From positions 22,285 to 86,284 of the forward strand of contig CAXHJY010001531.1 of NCBI GenBank assembly GCA_964016885.1: 64,000 bases of DNA, read 5' to 3'. The translations under genes and the position numbers were made by a program. Numbering within the stretch: position 1 is the stretch's first letter; each line of letters opens with the position of its first letter. The notes under the pieces were generated by a model. The model worked only from the letters and a program-made list of their open reading frames with translations. It was not told the origin of the DNA and made no database searches. Below are positions 26,520 to 40,249 of this stretch, one piece after another. Source of the stretch: Eledone cirrhosa. Lineage: Eukaryota.

Positions 26520-28108
26520 GACATATATATATATATATAGACACATATATATATAGAGAGACACATATATATATATAGAGACACATATATATATATATAG
26601 ACACACATATATATATATAGAGACACATATATATATATATAGAGACACATATATATATATAGAGACACATATATATATATATATATAGACACATATATAT
26701 ATATATAGAGACACATATATATATATATAGAGACACATATATATATATAGAGACACACATATATATATATAGAGACATATATATATATATAGACACACAT
26801 ATATATATATATAGAGACACACATATATATATATAGAGAGACACATATATATATAGAGAGAGACACACATATATATATATAGAGAGACACACATATATAT
26901 ATATAGAGAGACACACATATATATATATAGAGAGACACACATATATATATATAGAGAGACACACATATATATATATAGAGAGACACATATATATATATAG
27001 AGACACACATATATATATATATAGACACACATATATATATATATAGACACACATATATATATATATAGACACACATATATATATATATAGACACACATAT
27101 ATATATATATAGACACACACATATATATATATATATATAGACACACATATATATATATATATATATAGACATATATATATAGACACATATATATATATAT
27201 AGACACACATATATATATATAGAGACACATATATATATATAGAGACACATATATATATATAGAGACACATATATATAGAGAGACACACACATATATATAT
27301 ATATAGAGACACACATATATATATATAGAGAGACACACATATATAAATATAGAGACACACATATATATATATAGAGAGACACACATATATATATATATAG
27401 AGAGACACACATATATATATATATAGAGAGACACACATATATATATAGAGACACATATATATATATATAGAGACACACATATATATATAGAGACACATAT
27501 ATATATATATAGAGACACATATATATATATAGAGACACATATATATATATAGAGAGACACATATATATATATATATAGAGACACATATATATATATATAT
27601 AGAGACACATATATATATATATATAGAGACACATATATATATATATATATATAGAGACACATATATATATATATATAGAGACACATATATATATATAGAG
27701 AGAGACACATATATATATATAGAGAGAGAGACACACATATATATATATATAGAGAGACACACATATATATATATAGAGACACACATATATATATAGAGAG
27801 ACACACATATATATATATAGAGACACATATATATATATAGAGACACACATATATATATATAGACACACATATATATATATATATAGAGACACATATATAT
27901 ATATAGAGAGAGACACATATATATATATAGAGAGAGACAGACACATATATATATATAGAGAGACACACATATATATATATATAGAGACACACATATATAT
28001 ATATATAGAGAGAGAGAGACACACATATATATATATAGAGAGACACACATATATATATAGAGACACACATATATATATATAGACACACATATATATATAT
28101 AGAGACAC

Positions 28109-28141
<33 letters not shown>

Positions 28142-28177
28142 CACACACATATATATATACATACACACACACACATA

Positions 28178-28248
<71 letters not shown>
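24946..28248. repeat. 3.3 kb (TA)n-GA(GA)CAC compound satellite
   Basis: Direct reading; spacer drifts from gacac to gagacac and gagagagacac along the array. Confidence 0.95.
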
Positions 28249-28250
<2 letters not shown>

Positions 28251-31010
28251 TAAATCCCTCCCCCATGAAGAATGCAACTCCCAACATAGACTGATAATTA
28301 GCGACCTCATAGTCAGGACGAGACGTACTCGACAACAGAAGAGGACTATCCTCAGGAGGAAAATATGGAAGTTAAAGGACCCCACAGCCAGGAATAAATT
28401 TCAAAGCATATTACTTGATGCTTTCGACAGTAAGGAAGAACATTTAGAGTCGGACAATATAGAGGGAGAGTGGGAATTTCTGAAAGCAAACCTGCTGTTG
28501 GCGACAGACGAGGTCTGTGGCTGGAGCAGGCCTGTAGGCAGGAGGAGAGTAACATGGTGGTGGAACAGTAAGGTGGAGGGGTCAATTAAGGCCAAAAAGC
28601 AGGCTTGGAAAGTATGGCGGGATGGGGGAAGTAGAGAGGACTATCAAGTGGCCAGGAGGGAAGCTAGGAGACAAGTGTACTTAGCAAGAAGGGAAGCTGA
28701 GGAAAGAAAGTTCAAGCATGTTCTACAACGCGATGACCAAAAACGTGAGGTGTTCAGGATTGCTAGGCAATGCGTCAAGGAAAACCGTGATATTGTCGGG
28801 GAGAAGTGTGTACTAAACGACGATGGCACACTTGCCATCACCGACGCTGATAAGAAGGTAGCTTGGAAGTGTCACTATGAAAGGCTTCTAAATGAGGAGA
28901 ATAATTGGGAGAAAGGCAGTCTCCCCCATATCGACCCAATAGAGGGACCAGCAGTGTTAGTCGAGGGGAGTATAATAAGTAAGGCAATCAAGGATATGAA
29001 GACTGGTAAGGCGGCTGGGCCTTCGGAAATAGTTGCTGAGATGCTGAAGGCATCTGGCACGGTGGGACACACCATGGTCACCCGCATAGTTAACCAAGTC
29101 GTACAAAACGGGGTTGTTCCGAAGGACTGGCATAGCAGCATCATCGTTAACTGTTATAAGGGTAAAGGAGACGCCCTAGATAGGAGTAACTATAGAGGCA
29201 TTAAATTAATCGACCAGGTCATGAAGGTCACGGAAAGAGTAATAGCGCAGCTAATCAGAGAGAGAATTGACCTAGATGAAATGCAGTTCGGGTTTGTGTC
29301 AGGCAAAAGTACCACAGACGCTCTTTTCATAGTACGACAACTACAAGAGAAGTACCTAGCTAAAGGTAAACCCCTCTACTTAGCTTTTGTCGACTTGGAG
29401 AAAGCCTTCGACAGAGTCCCCCGCTCCATTATCTGGTGGGCTCTTAGAAAACTAGGCGTTGACGAATGGCTTGTGAGGGCTATACAAGCCATGTATAAAG
29501 AAACAGTCAGCAAGGTTAGAATTAACAACGAATATAGTGAAGAGTTTAGCGTAAAAGTCGGCGTCCATCAGGGCTCTGTTCTCAGTCCACTACTATTTAT
29601 TATTGCCCTTCAGGCCATAACAGAGGAGTTCAAGACAGGCTGCCCATGGGAACTCCTATACGCAGACGACCTGACACTCATAGCGGAATCAATGGCCGAG
29701 CTAGAGAAGAAATTCCAAACATGGAAGCACGGCCTAGAGTCAAAAGGACTTAAAATTAACCTGGCTAAGACCAAAGTACTAGTTTGTAGGAAAGAAAACA
29801 AGGCGGCGGTCCCTTCTGGGAAATGGTCGTGCTCGGTGTGTAGGAAAGGCGTAGGTAGAAACTCCATTTTATGTCCTAAATGCAAAGTATGGGTGCATAA
29901 AAGATGTAGTGGGATCACAGGTAGGCTAACTAAGAACATAGATTTTACATGTGGCCGGTGCTCTGGTGCAATAAGTAGCAGCAAGTGCCCACAAACTACT
30001 AGCTCTTTCAATTGCGCAGAGGGTTCTATAGAAATAGTGGACAGCTTCCGTTACCTGGGCGATAAAATCAGCAGTGGGGGAGGGTGCTCTGAAAGTACTG
30101 TAGCTAGAGTCAGAACTGGTTGGAAAAAGTTCAGAGAGCTTATACCACTATTAGCTGCTAAAGGGTTCTCACTAAAAATGAAAGGCAGGTTGTACGATGC
30201 CTGCATACGAACAGCAATGCTGCATGGCAGTGAGACCTGGGCATTGTGTGCAGAGGATATACGCAGACTAGAGAGGAACGAAGCTTGCATGCTCCGCTGG
30301 ATGTGTAACAGTAATATACGTGAACGGCAAAGCATAAACGAACTAAGGAATAAATTAGAGATAAGAGGGATCAGATGTTGTTTACTCGAGAGAAGGCTAC
30401 GTTGGTATGGACACGTGATGCGCATGAAAGTCGATAGCTGTATAACAAAGTGCAGGGCAATAAAGATAGACGGTAGTCACGGAATAGGCAGACCTAGAAA
30501 AACCTGGGACGAGCTGATAAACTCCGACATCACACACTTACACCTCTCCAAGACAATGTCACTGGACCGAGACCTTTGGCGGTACTCAGTAACAGAGAAG
30601 ACCCGCCTTACCTAAATATATAGTAAAACCTACTCCAGCCAGTAGGCATCTCTAACAAATACACCCCGTCCCACCACCCCCACCCGATCCACACCCCCCC
30701 GTTCTATGTAAAGTTATGTTGGTGCCGCGCCATCGAGGCCGAAACAAATGAGATCGTGTAGGTGTCACGACAAAAAAACACACAGTCCACGCTGTAATGT
30801 GGCCGTGTAGGCAACACGGTAAAAACCTCCCAGACCCACACTGTAAATGTGGTTGGTGTTAGGAAGGGCATCCAACTGTAGAAAACCTGCCAGACAGTCC
30901 TATGCGAGCAAGACAATCACTCTTGCCTCAAGTGGGACTACCCCCGTCCAAACCCATGCAAGCGTGGAACACGGACGTTAAACGCTGATGATGATGATGA
31001 TGATGATTAT
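28249..31010 (+). mobile_element. 5'-truncated RTE LINE with an uninterrupted frame 28249-30615 (APE end, RT, PHD finger) plus 3' UTR and (gat)n tail
   Basis: Frame is open upstream of the listed ORF ([16 protein letters not shown] = APE C-terminal motif); [54 protein letters not shown]. Confidence 0.92.
28498..30615 (+). CDS. RTE ORF2 reverse transcriptase (partial, transposon-encoded) with C4HC3 PHD-type finger
   Basis: 705-aa ORF with RT motifs; CxxC-x10-CxxC-x4-HxxC-x14-CxxC at 29830-29961. Confidence 0.85.
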   Translation: MATDEVCGWSRPVGRRRVTWWWNSKVEGSIKAKKQAWKVWRDGGSREDYQVARREARRQVYLARREAEERKFKHVLQRDDQKREVFRIARQCVKENRDIVGEKCVLNDDGTLAITDADKKVAWKCHYERLLNEENNWEKGSLPHIDPIEGPAVLVEGSIISKAIKDMKTGKAAGPSEIVAEMLKASGTVGHTMVTRIVNQVVQNGVVPKDWHSSIIVNCYKGKGDALDRSNYRGIKLIDQVMKVTERVIAQLIRERIDLDEMQFGFVSGKSTTDALFIVRQLQEKYLAKGKPLYLAFVDLEKAFDRVPRSIIWWALRKLGVDEWLVRAIQAMYKETVSKVRINNEYSEEFSVKVGVHQGSVLSPLLFIIALQAITEEFKTGCPWELLYADDLTLIAESMAELEKKFQTWKHGLESKGLKINLAKTKVLVCRKENKAAVPSGKWSCSVCRKGVGRNSILCPKCKVWVHKRCSGITGRLTKNIDFTCGRCSGAISSSKCPQTTSSFNCAEGSIEIVDSFRYLGDKISSGGGCSESTVARVRTGWKKFRELIPLLAAKGFSLKMKGRLYDACIRTAMLHGSETWALCAEDIRRLERNEACMLRWMCNSNIRERQSINELRNKLEIRGIRCCLLERRLRWYGHVMRMKVDSCITKCRAIKIDGSHGIGRPRKTWDELINSDITHLHLSKTMSLDRDLWRYSVTEKTRLT

Positions 31011-31763
31011 AACGCCCTTCAAGCATGGCAATGAGTATCATAGAAATGAAAAATGAACTAACAAGCCTAATAGCTGAGAAGAGGAAGCTGTTGAGAAATG
31101 TGGTACTTAGATTTTCTTTAAAAAAAAAAATGAAAGTGTCAAGAAGCTCATAATGAGTTGTTGTTAATGTTGACTGAGAAAGGCATTCATTGATAACTTC
31201 CCTCTCCTCAAGCTAATGCTGACAGAATAGTAGTGGAAAAGAGCAGAAAGAAGCAGTTCTATATAATGTCTCTACACCATTATATAAGATATTTTCTTTC
31301 AATTTTATTCTCACTTCATATAGGAATAGTGCTGAATAGATAACTTCTGCAAACAGACAATGTTTATTCTATTTAAATTGAAACCCTACAGTGTTAGGAA
31401 CTAATTTAGCTGTGAGATTTATATTAATCAGATCAACTTTAAAGATATTTTTTCTTTGATTTCTATGCTGACATATATCACTGGATTGATTCTATGCACA
31501 AATTTTAAATTCATACCAAGGATATGGTATGTGCTGACGTTCGTTTCTTTTTTCTCGTACACATTAGTAAAAGTAAAAGATCAACAACTGTAAACTGAAA
31601 CCTCACCAAGTAGTCATTATGGCAATTAAATTTTGATTACCTCCACAATACTTGAATTATAATTTCTAGAAAGTTTTTTGTTTAAGATTCTGCAACTAAT
31701 TTCACATTTTAATGAACACAAATTAAACTGACCTTCCTTACATTTACCAATCAACCATAAATT

Positions 31764-31927
31764 AAGTCATGGGCAAACTGCAGCCTGCGAGCTATTTGCG
31801 GCCCATTTGGCTTGCTGAATGTCACGTGTAATCTCAAAATTGCCTTGAATTATTTTGTAGTGCGGCCTGCCTTATGATGAGCCACATTCTCTGCAGTCCA
31901 TTACTAAAAAAAGGTTGCCCGTGCCTG
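31764..31927. mobile_element. hAT-like MITE remnant
   Basis: catgggcaaactgcagcc ... ggttgcccgtgcctg termini. Confidence 0.45.
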
Positions 31928-32858
31928 CATTAATCTCCGATATAGAATATTTAAATTTTAAAATCTATTCTACTTGGTAGTTTGAGATTACAATTTTACA
32001 TTCATATCGTTTTTCTTTTGAGCTTTTTTCACATGATAAAGACTGGGATTATTTTACAAATTTTACCAAGACTGAATATTCCAGAAACAGTTGGTTTGAG
32101 ACTGATATTATCATCATCATCATTTAACATCCATTGTCCATGCTAGCATGGGTTAGATGGATTGTCCACTTGAGGCAAGTTGGGTCAGATGACTGTGTCT
32201 TGCTCATATAGAACTGTTTCTAGCTAAGTTTCTTCAGCTAGATGCCATTCCTAACACCAACTACATTTATAGTGTGTGTTGGGTGCTTTTTGTCATGACT
32301 CCTACACGACCACTTTGCTGTGTGGGCTGGATGATTTTTGTCATGACACCTACATGACCACCTTACAGTAGATATATATACAACAGATTATAATCAGGTA
32401 TGACTGGTTAAGAAATTTGATTCACAATCATGTGGTCCCAGGTTCAATCCCACTGTGCACAATTTTGCGAAAATCTCTTCTCCTATAGCCTTGGATCAAC
32501 TGAAACCATATGAAATTAGGTAGAAAGAAACTAAGCAAAAGCCCAACTTATTGATTTTTCAGAGTTTTTCAACCACAGCCACCTCTTATTCCAGCCCCCA
32601 CCACTATTATTTGGGACCCAAGAATACTTTTAATGAAGTCCATTCTGTTTGAAGCATTTGAACCTGGTCTTTGGTCAGAGAATAACTTGATTGAGTTGTT
32701 GCTCTTTCTATGCTAGAAAGCCATTAATAATGTCCCTTCCACCTCCTCTCACCTATCACCACTAATATGTATGAGCTACACTGAACTTATGTAACATAAA
32801 AAATTGCTGGTAGTTTCTGAATAAGCAGCCTACCCTCTCCTGTAATTTTTATATTTTA

Positions 32859-33147
32859 CTAGATGAGGGCAACGTCTTCTCCCTCTTTCTGTCACACACT
32901 CTCCCTCACCTTCCCTCTAAACAAATGGCGTTTCTTTTTCTCTCTCTAATTATGTACATCTCTTTTGCTTGGCGCTCTCCCACTCTCTTCTATATAGATG
33001 AGGGTGACGTCGTAACTTTCTGTCACCTCGAAAACACACGGCGTTCCTTTTTTCTCTATCTATATACATAGCTCTCGCTTGGCACTCCCCCTCTATCTAT
33101 AAAGTGAGCGTGACGGACGGACAGAAACAACATTCTTATAATATAGA
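32859..33147 (-). mobile_element. Short non-autonomous Helitron-like element
   Basis: Minus strand starts A|TCTATATTATAAG, has tctgtccgtccgtc, ends CTAG|T; internal ~135 bp duplication. Confidence 0.4.
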
Positions 33148-34656
33148 TTAGATTTTTCAAAAATTGCTTTGGATTACTAAAATTACGTTTTTGAAATAAA
33201 TAAAATAAATAATAAAACTTTGGAAATTTTCATTTTTTTAACAAGCAGCTAATAACCTTTTAATTTTTAAATCTTTTTATTTATTTATTTGTTTATTGTT
33301 TCTGAATTACGTATTAGACATAAAAGAAATTCAATACTTAACCCCACCCTATTCTCTCTTTCGGAGTACATAAACAACTATAACTTTATTACGTTGGATT
33401 TTTTTTTTTTTGACAGTTTTTCCTTCAATGATTCTACCAATTTTTTGGGGAAACAATAATACTAATAATAAAAAGGGTATAGAGGCGAGGGTGATTATTC
33501 CGAAACTTTGCCAAATTGATTCAAATATAATTCCTCACTTTGCAGTTGTTTTCTTATTACCTTACATTTATTTTATCTTCTAAATGTAACCATGTTTTTC
33601 ATGCTACAAAATTATAGGTGATTTTTTTCATTATTATTACACCCGTCTTATGGAGTTCTTGGGTGGGGGAACGGTAGAAAACGAGTAATTTTACAGCGGT
33701 TTTGAAGGCTATATTCGTTCAAAACACAAAATATCAGGAAAAACATAAATGTCACCTTCAAAATTCTAACGAAACCTATAAACTAACTACCCTTCAAATT
33801 ATTACATTTTTTTAAACTATTACACAAATTTCAGTGATGGGTGTAATAATAAAAATTTACTAATTATCTTTCCATATGCACAATCCTTAAAACGTAATTA
33901 CCCGGGGTAACGCTGCGAGCGTGCTGGCTTGCCTAAAAAATTAGAGAGGTTTCCTAGTGCTCCCGCGATATTGTTATCTTTTGCTCTGGCTGCGGTTCGT
34001 TTGTCCACCCCTTTCATCTGCCTTTTGTTGTATGTGGTTCTAGATATGTATTATATGCTTGTGTGTTTTTTAAAATGTTTTCCTTTCACTTTCCTTTCTT
34101 TTTTTCTCTTTTTATTTGTAATATTATGTTGACGGTTATGCCTTAATAAACACATAATTTCATATTACTTTTCTAAATACCGTCAATCCTTAAGACTATT
34201 TTACCAGACGAAAACTCATAAAAGCGATTTCGTCTTATTGGATATATGACACTCATTCAATTAATGCACTGTCGGACAAAATTGGCCCTCATGACCTTGT
34301 AGTTGGTCGATGTATTTGAAGAAATTCAAATCTTTTCCTCTAACTTGCCCTCTGCCCTTGCGTCCAGGCTGACATGATGGAGAAGGACAGCGAGGGAGAC
34401 GCACTAGAACAGCAACACCACCTCACGGGACTTGTACCTGCGGGCAGCCACCCACTCCGCTTCAAAAGCAGTGAGCAGAGATGTGGTCCGGGGCCAAGAA
34501 CGCCGTGTCACTTCAACTATGTCATCTCCCTCGCCCTATCTTTCTTTCCTATTCTTCTAAGTGTTCCTTTCAGTTTTATCTTGCAGTACGTTGATTTCTT
34601 ACATTGGCACAAGGTGATCGCGACGTCAGTAACAAGGCCGCAAACAGTGCGATGAA

Positions 34657-35225
34657 AATATTGATTTCTAACTTAAGCACAAGTCCAGCAAATTCGGAAG
34701 AAGGAACATTATTTTATCGATCCTACGGGGGGTGGATTGGCAGTATCGGTAGAGGGTCGGACGCCATGCTTTCCAGCATAGTTACGTCCCTTTACGATCT
34801 GAGTTCAAATCCCGCCGAGGTTGACTTTGCCTTTCATCCTTACGGGGTCGATAAAATAAAGTACCAGTAATGAACTGGGTAATTGCTGGCCTTGTGCCTA
34901 AAGTAGAAACAATTATTTTATCGATCCTAAGGGCGGTGAGTTGGCAGTATCGGTAGTGTGTCGGACATGCTTTCCAGCATAGTTACGTCCCTTTACGATC
35001 TGAGTTCAAATCCCGCCGAGGTTAACTTTGCCTTTCATCCTTACGGGGTCGATAAAATAAAGTACCAGTAATATACTGGAATAATTGCTGGCCTTGTGCC
35101 AAAAGTAGAAACAATTATTTTATCGATCCTGGAAGGATAAAAGGTAAAATTGACCACAGCAAAGAGCCAAAACAAATAAATATCTTTTATCGGACGTAAT
35201 ACGAATTCTGCCAATCCACCTCCTT
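34657..35225. mobile_element. Two tandem + strand family-A SINEs (34725-34911, 34929-35113) nested in an older - strand copy
   Basis: attattttatcgatcct repeated at 34708, 34912 and 35114. Confidence 0.8.
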
Positions 35226-35989
35226 AAGTACCAACAAAATATTAACACCAAGAAATAAATGATAAATGTAAAGTAAAGTTAACATTTTGTTGTTATGTTT
35301 TTGAATGGCTCTAAAAGGACTCTCCTACGATATTGCTTCAGTTTTAACATAATCTCAGATTAAGTTACTTGCCAGACGAATACAATTTCGGGAAACAGTG
35401 AATTGATTTCAACCCGAACATACTCCTCATTGCTAACACATTTTCTTACAATTACAGTAACCTCGAACCATCTTGAAGCACAGCCTATAGTTTGGGTCAT
35501 TTAATAGTTTAAGCGTAGATTGTTTAACTTATTTTGGTTAAACTTTGAAAAAACAAAATTGCCTTCAGATTTTTATTTTGCTAAAAAGATATTTTTTAAA
35601 CTATAAAATATACTTTTAACAATATAACGAATCCCAATCCAATGCTTTATAAATGTAATTATATATTAATTACAAGGATAAAGAACACAAATATCTTGTA
35701 ATAGTTGTATTGGTTTTCACAATAATGAAAGTAATGTGTAATTCAGCCTATACTAATGAAAGAATTACTACTCTAGATTTACTTTTCTGGAAATTTTAAT
35801 TACAGTTATTTAAATTTATTAGGAATGAACATGTACTTTACAAACGTAAACAAAATATATTTATACACGCCAAATGCAAACGATATATAAATTTACAAAT
35901 TGTTTATAATTCTTTCAGCATGAAAATATAAACACATATAATAAATACAATTAATTATAGCTATGAACCTCAAATATAACGCACAAAAA

Positions 35990-36345
35990 TATATGACCAA
36001 AGCGAGAGAAAAGGGGAAACAAAAACAAACCATCAATTCACCACCAAGTGCGACAATCGGCCGCACACCACACCACAAGGGTCAACGAAGATTTTTGAGG
36101 CAAGCCAACACGCTTGCAGCATTACTGTGGGTGATTGCGAGGCTAAAGCGCTGAACTAACCAAGCACCCTCACAGGCCATCACCTGACACTTCGATAAAG
36201 CGAGTCGACAACGGTGACAAAAGCTTCGTTGTCAGCGACCCAGCTCAACCAAACGTCTCGAAGGTCACAGATTGGAAAAAGATAGTTGTTTGATCGGAGT
36301 GTCGGCGACCCGTCTGAGTAGGGAACCCCCGCGAGGTTGGGTGGC
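35990..36345 (-). mobile_element. CRE-like non-LTR retrotransposon 3' remnant (restriction-like endonuclease end)
   Basis: Minus strand across a stop and a frameshift reads FQSVTFETFG*AGSLTTKLL..SGD / EGAWLVQRFSLAITHSNAASVL. Confidence 0.6.
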
Positions 36346-37975
36346 TGCACTTCTGCCATCTTGCTCTAGGCCCAATTCCCCTCCTCACTCTTTTCTGCTA
36401 CACCAGAGCTCTTGTCATTCACTCCCTTTCCTGTTCTTTTTCTTCTTTCTTTCTCTCCTTTTTTTCTATATTTCCCTATTCTTTCTTTCCTTTTGTTACC
36501 CCTTCTTTTTTGATTAGTTATATATACATGTAGGACTGTGTATTGGCAGTATCGGTAGAGGGTTGGAAGCCATATTTTGATGCAGAGTTACGGCCCTTTA
36601 TGATCTGAGTTCAAATCCCGCCGCGGTTAACTTTGACTTTCATCCTTACGGGGTCGATAAAATAAAGTACCAGTCACGCACTGGAATCGATTTAATCGAC
36701 TTTCCCCTCCCCAAAATTGCTGGCCTTGTGCCTATATAAGAAACCATTATTTAGTGGTAAAATAAACTTCTGGGACTCGGCTAGATTTGCCTCCCTTTCG
36801 GGATTACCAGTAAAGTAAGCTTAAAAAGCATGTTTGTTTATCTTGCCGAGACCGGCTACGTAGCCTATTTCGTAAATTTTAATATCATTACAGTGCTTTT
36901 AAAACTCTCGCGTAATTCATTTCACACCCATGCACAAAGTACTTTTATACTCCTAACACATTAAAAACTATAAAAGCTGTAAATCTAACTTTAATTAGTT
37001 TACGATTAAAAGAATTATTCTTTTACAAATTCTAAATCTGATGTTCAGAACATAAACAATCGAGGACGTTTGTTTTAAAGAGCATAACAAATAGAGCGGG
37101 GGGCGAAAAAATGCACTCTTAAACGAATAAGGAAGTCATAGACACTACTTATAGTACTCATAAATTTGAAATAAAAAAAAGAAGGAAAAATAAAGACATC
37201 TTATTTTCTATATATATGCATAATAAAATATGAACCAGCTTGTTTTGGTTTTATTGTCTTGGTTGTTTGTATGAAACCCGGATATCAACTATTGGAAAGA
37301 TTCCCATTCTGAAATCTAAGTTAATAAATTCATTAATTTATTCACGCATTATTTGTATGTGCACGTTTGTTTGTGTGTATGTGCGAGTGTGGGTGTACGT
37401 GAAGGCGTTAGTCAATCAATACACTTGTTCATTCACCAGTGTCTTCAACCATTCGTCAGTTAATATCAAACAATCAATGAGTTCAAATATTAAGTTGGAC
37501 ATATCCAGCAATAGTAATCTACCATCATCATCAGGGACAGGAAGAAACACGCCCACACAAATCTCTGCTGATAAATTTGATCATTCATAGACAACCTATG
37601 ATTACGTTTCTAATAATAACACACGTTTCTAATTCGATATTTCCTGTAAGTATATATATATATATAGTAATAATAATAAATTTGAAGACTAAAATCCAAA
37701 GAGGGCTCGATAAGGATAAATATATATCAAATATATAAGAACCGTAGAGCAAATATTTATTAAAATAACAGATTAAAGTTTAAGCAAAGAATCGCTGCTT
37801 TCACCCTTAACGGGATCTTCTGAAACTAACAAAGTCAATCTGTAAACGCAGAACTGGATATTTCAAAAAACGTTGCAACCGGAGGAAGACAGGAAGACGA
37901 TACTTTGGTTCGTGGAAACGTTCGCTGGCTAAGAACGAGAAAAAACGAATATAATACGTCATTAAAACACTCACA

Positions 37976-39277
37976 GTGGTTAAGGATTTCGAAGTTGATG
38001 TCATCCTCAATGCCCGTAAGTCGGTGATTAATTTCGACGACTCTATTTGGATTAAAAAATCCAATAGTACCCCATTCGACGTGAGTATGGGCGCCAGTGA
38101 TTCTGCGGAGGTTACTGATCTTATCGGCCTTTTCCTTCTTTTCTCTATCAAGGACGAATTCCCCAACGCGGGTGGTGGTTTGTACCGTGACGATGGTCTT
38201 TTGACCATGGCTAAGTACGGATCTCGTGCTTGCGACAGGTTCAGAAAAGAACTCACAGCCTTCTTTAAAGGCTTCAACCTCTCTATACAGGTTGAGGCCA
38301 ATCTCTCGGTCGTTAATTACCTCGACGTTACCCTCAACTTATTGAATGGGTTGTATTACCCGTATAGAAAGCCGAATGATACGCTTAATTACATAAGTAA
38401 GCATTCCAACCATCCTGCCAGCATAACCAAGAACCTAGTAAGAAACGTTTCGTTGAGGCTTTCCCGTCTTTCCACCAACGAGCGTATTTTCAACGACCAT
38501 TCCACTTATTACAATGAAGCTCTTGCTCGAAGTGGATTTGTCGATAAGGTAGCATATACAGAGTACGAAAATAGACCTAGAAGAAATAGATCCCGTCGCA
38601 TTTGTTGGTATAACCCACCATATAATATGGAGGTGGCCACACCATTAGCTAAGATCTTTCTTTCCCTTATTACGAAGCATTTTCTACCTACACATAAATA
38701 TAGTAAAGTTTTTAATAGAAATACTATTAAAATTTCTTACTCTACGACTCCTAACCTTGCACATAACATCACAGCTTCAAATTTAGCTAAACTACCTAGC
38801 CGTAGGAACACGTGCAACCCTGTAGTTAGTACTAACTGTAATTGTAGGAATCGGGTTGATTGCCCCCTATCCTGGAAATGCCTCTCTAGTAACATTGTCT
38901 ACAAATGTAAGGTTGTAACACCCACGTCCCGTAGGGCCTACATAGGGTTAACCGCCAATAGATTCAAGCAACGTCTTTACATGCATACCCATTCTTTTCG
39001 TTATCCTCTAGGAAGGAATATGACGTCACTTTCAGTTTATATCTGGAGTCTAAAAGACAACCACACCCAATATAAGTTACACTGGGAGATCCTAGCTAGG
39101 GCTAGATCGTATAACGGAAATAAAAGACCATGTGACCTCTGCGCCGCTGAGGCCCTGGAAATACTCTACGCTACAGACCACTTCTTAAACAAAAAATCTG
39201 AGGCAATTTCGGCTTGTAAACATAAATTGCACAAAACTTTCCTGTATTACAGCCCCACGTTATACCCTAACGGATAG
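37976..39277 (+). CDS. PLE reverse transcriptase (C-terminal part) plus GIY-YIG endonuclease, Naiad-like
   Basis: FDVSMGASDSAE, GLYRDDGL, NYLDVTL, WYNPPY, CNCRNRVDC (CxCx5C), NIVYKC..YIGLT..FKQRLYMH, CDLC..E. Confidence 0.88.
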   Translation: MVKDFEVDVILNARKSVINFDDSIWIKKSNSTPFDVSMGASDSAEVTDLIGLFLLFSIKDEFPNAGGGLYRDDGLLTMAKYGSRACDRFRKELTAFFKGFNLSIQVEANLSVVNYLDVTLNLLNGLYYPYRKPNDTLNYISKHSNHPASITKNLVRNVSLRLSRLSTNERIFNDHSTYYNEALARSGFVDKVAYTEYENRPRRNRSRRICWYNPPYNMEVATPLAKIFLSLITKHFLPTHKYSKVFNRNTIKISYSTTPNLAHNITASNLAKLPSRRNTCNPVVSTNCNCRNRVDCPLSWKCLSSNIVYKCKVVTPTSRRAYIGLTANRFKQRLYMHTHSFRYPLGRNMTSLSVYIWSLKDNHTQYKLHWEILARARSYNGNKRPCDLCAAEALEILYATDHFLNKKSEAISACKHKLHKTFLYYSPTLYPNG

Positions 39278-40182
39278 TACGATCTATACGTGGATATTTT
39301 ACGTCTCGATGTGGGAGCTAAGTATATGTTTTGTTTATACCTTTACTTATTTGTATAGGTAAGTATATATTATCTGTATGTTTTGTGAAGGCACGTATAT
39401 CTTCTCGTACGTATATTTGATTGTTATGGCGTATAATTTTTTTATATATTCTGGTACATATGGTTCGGCTATGTGTATACGGGAGTTTTGCGTCTGTGTG
39501 AGTATGCAGGTTCGTACGTATGTAGGGCGTGTGTATATGTGTACTTCATGTTTTGGTTGACTTACGTCTCCGAACATTCGTGTATTTACATGTAGGTATG
39601 TGTGTGCGCTTGTTATATACGTATTTATTTATTTATATACGTTTATATAATTATTTATTTATTTGTATACACGCTTACACACACACACATATTTATATGT
39701 GCGTGGTTTTATTTACCTATGGTATGTTTTTGCGTATGCTTGTGTATGTACGTTTCTGTTTGCGTGTATGTATTTATTTATTTCTATTACTTCTGTATTG
39801 TATTTATTTACTTTGTTCTTAACTCCGTAGCGGAGATTCATTCGGTCTCCTAGTTAGAATTAAGTCTACCACTTCTGCTATACCATTTAGTGGTTTTGTC
39901 TTTGCGTGCTATTGTTCTCCACGCTCCACATATGACGTATTATCTTCGTTTTTTTCGTTCATCGCCAGAGAACGTCTCTATGAACCACCTAAGAGAACAT
40001 TAGTCTACGACCTCTTTTATACCATAAACGTGGTTCTGTCTTTGCGCGTAATTGTTTTTCACCGCTCCTATTAATGACGTATTATATTCGTTTTTTCCCG
40101 TTCTTAGCCAGCGAACGTTTCCACGAACCGGGTGCAACGTTTTTTGAAATATCCAGTTCTGCGTTTACAGATTGACTTTGTT

Positions 40183-40233
40183 AGTTTCAGAAGATCCCGT
40201 TAAGGGTGAAAGCAGCGATTCTTTGCTTAAACT
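40183..40233 (+). ncRNA. Type I hammerhead-like motif with CAGAAGA core (antisense twin 37777-37827)
   Basis: Stem I agttt/aaact; CAGAAGA 40188-40194; ccc/ggg stem II; GAAA 40208; stem III gcag/ttgc; CUU triplet; lies in the PLE terminal repeat. Confidence 0.65.
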
Positions 40234-40249
40234 TTAATCTGTTATTTTA

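Noticed and set aside
23871-28385. 1504-aa ORF as a repeat-domain/RT fusion protein
   Set aside because: The satellite is open in every minus frame, so in-frame fusion to the RTE fragment is expected by chance; its start lies antisense within another LINE.
35990-36360. GC-richer island as 7SK, RNase P/MRP or telomerase RNA
   Set aside because: No diagnostic motifs; better explained as a CRE-type endonuclease remnant.
37240-37651. Possible host exon (Ser-rich ORF, gtaagt donor at ~37646)
   Set aside because: In-frame stops before the donor, no recognisable domain and no partner exons; cannot be supported without RNA data.
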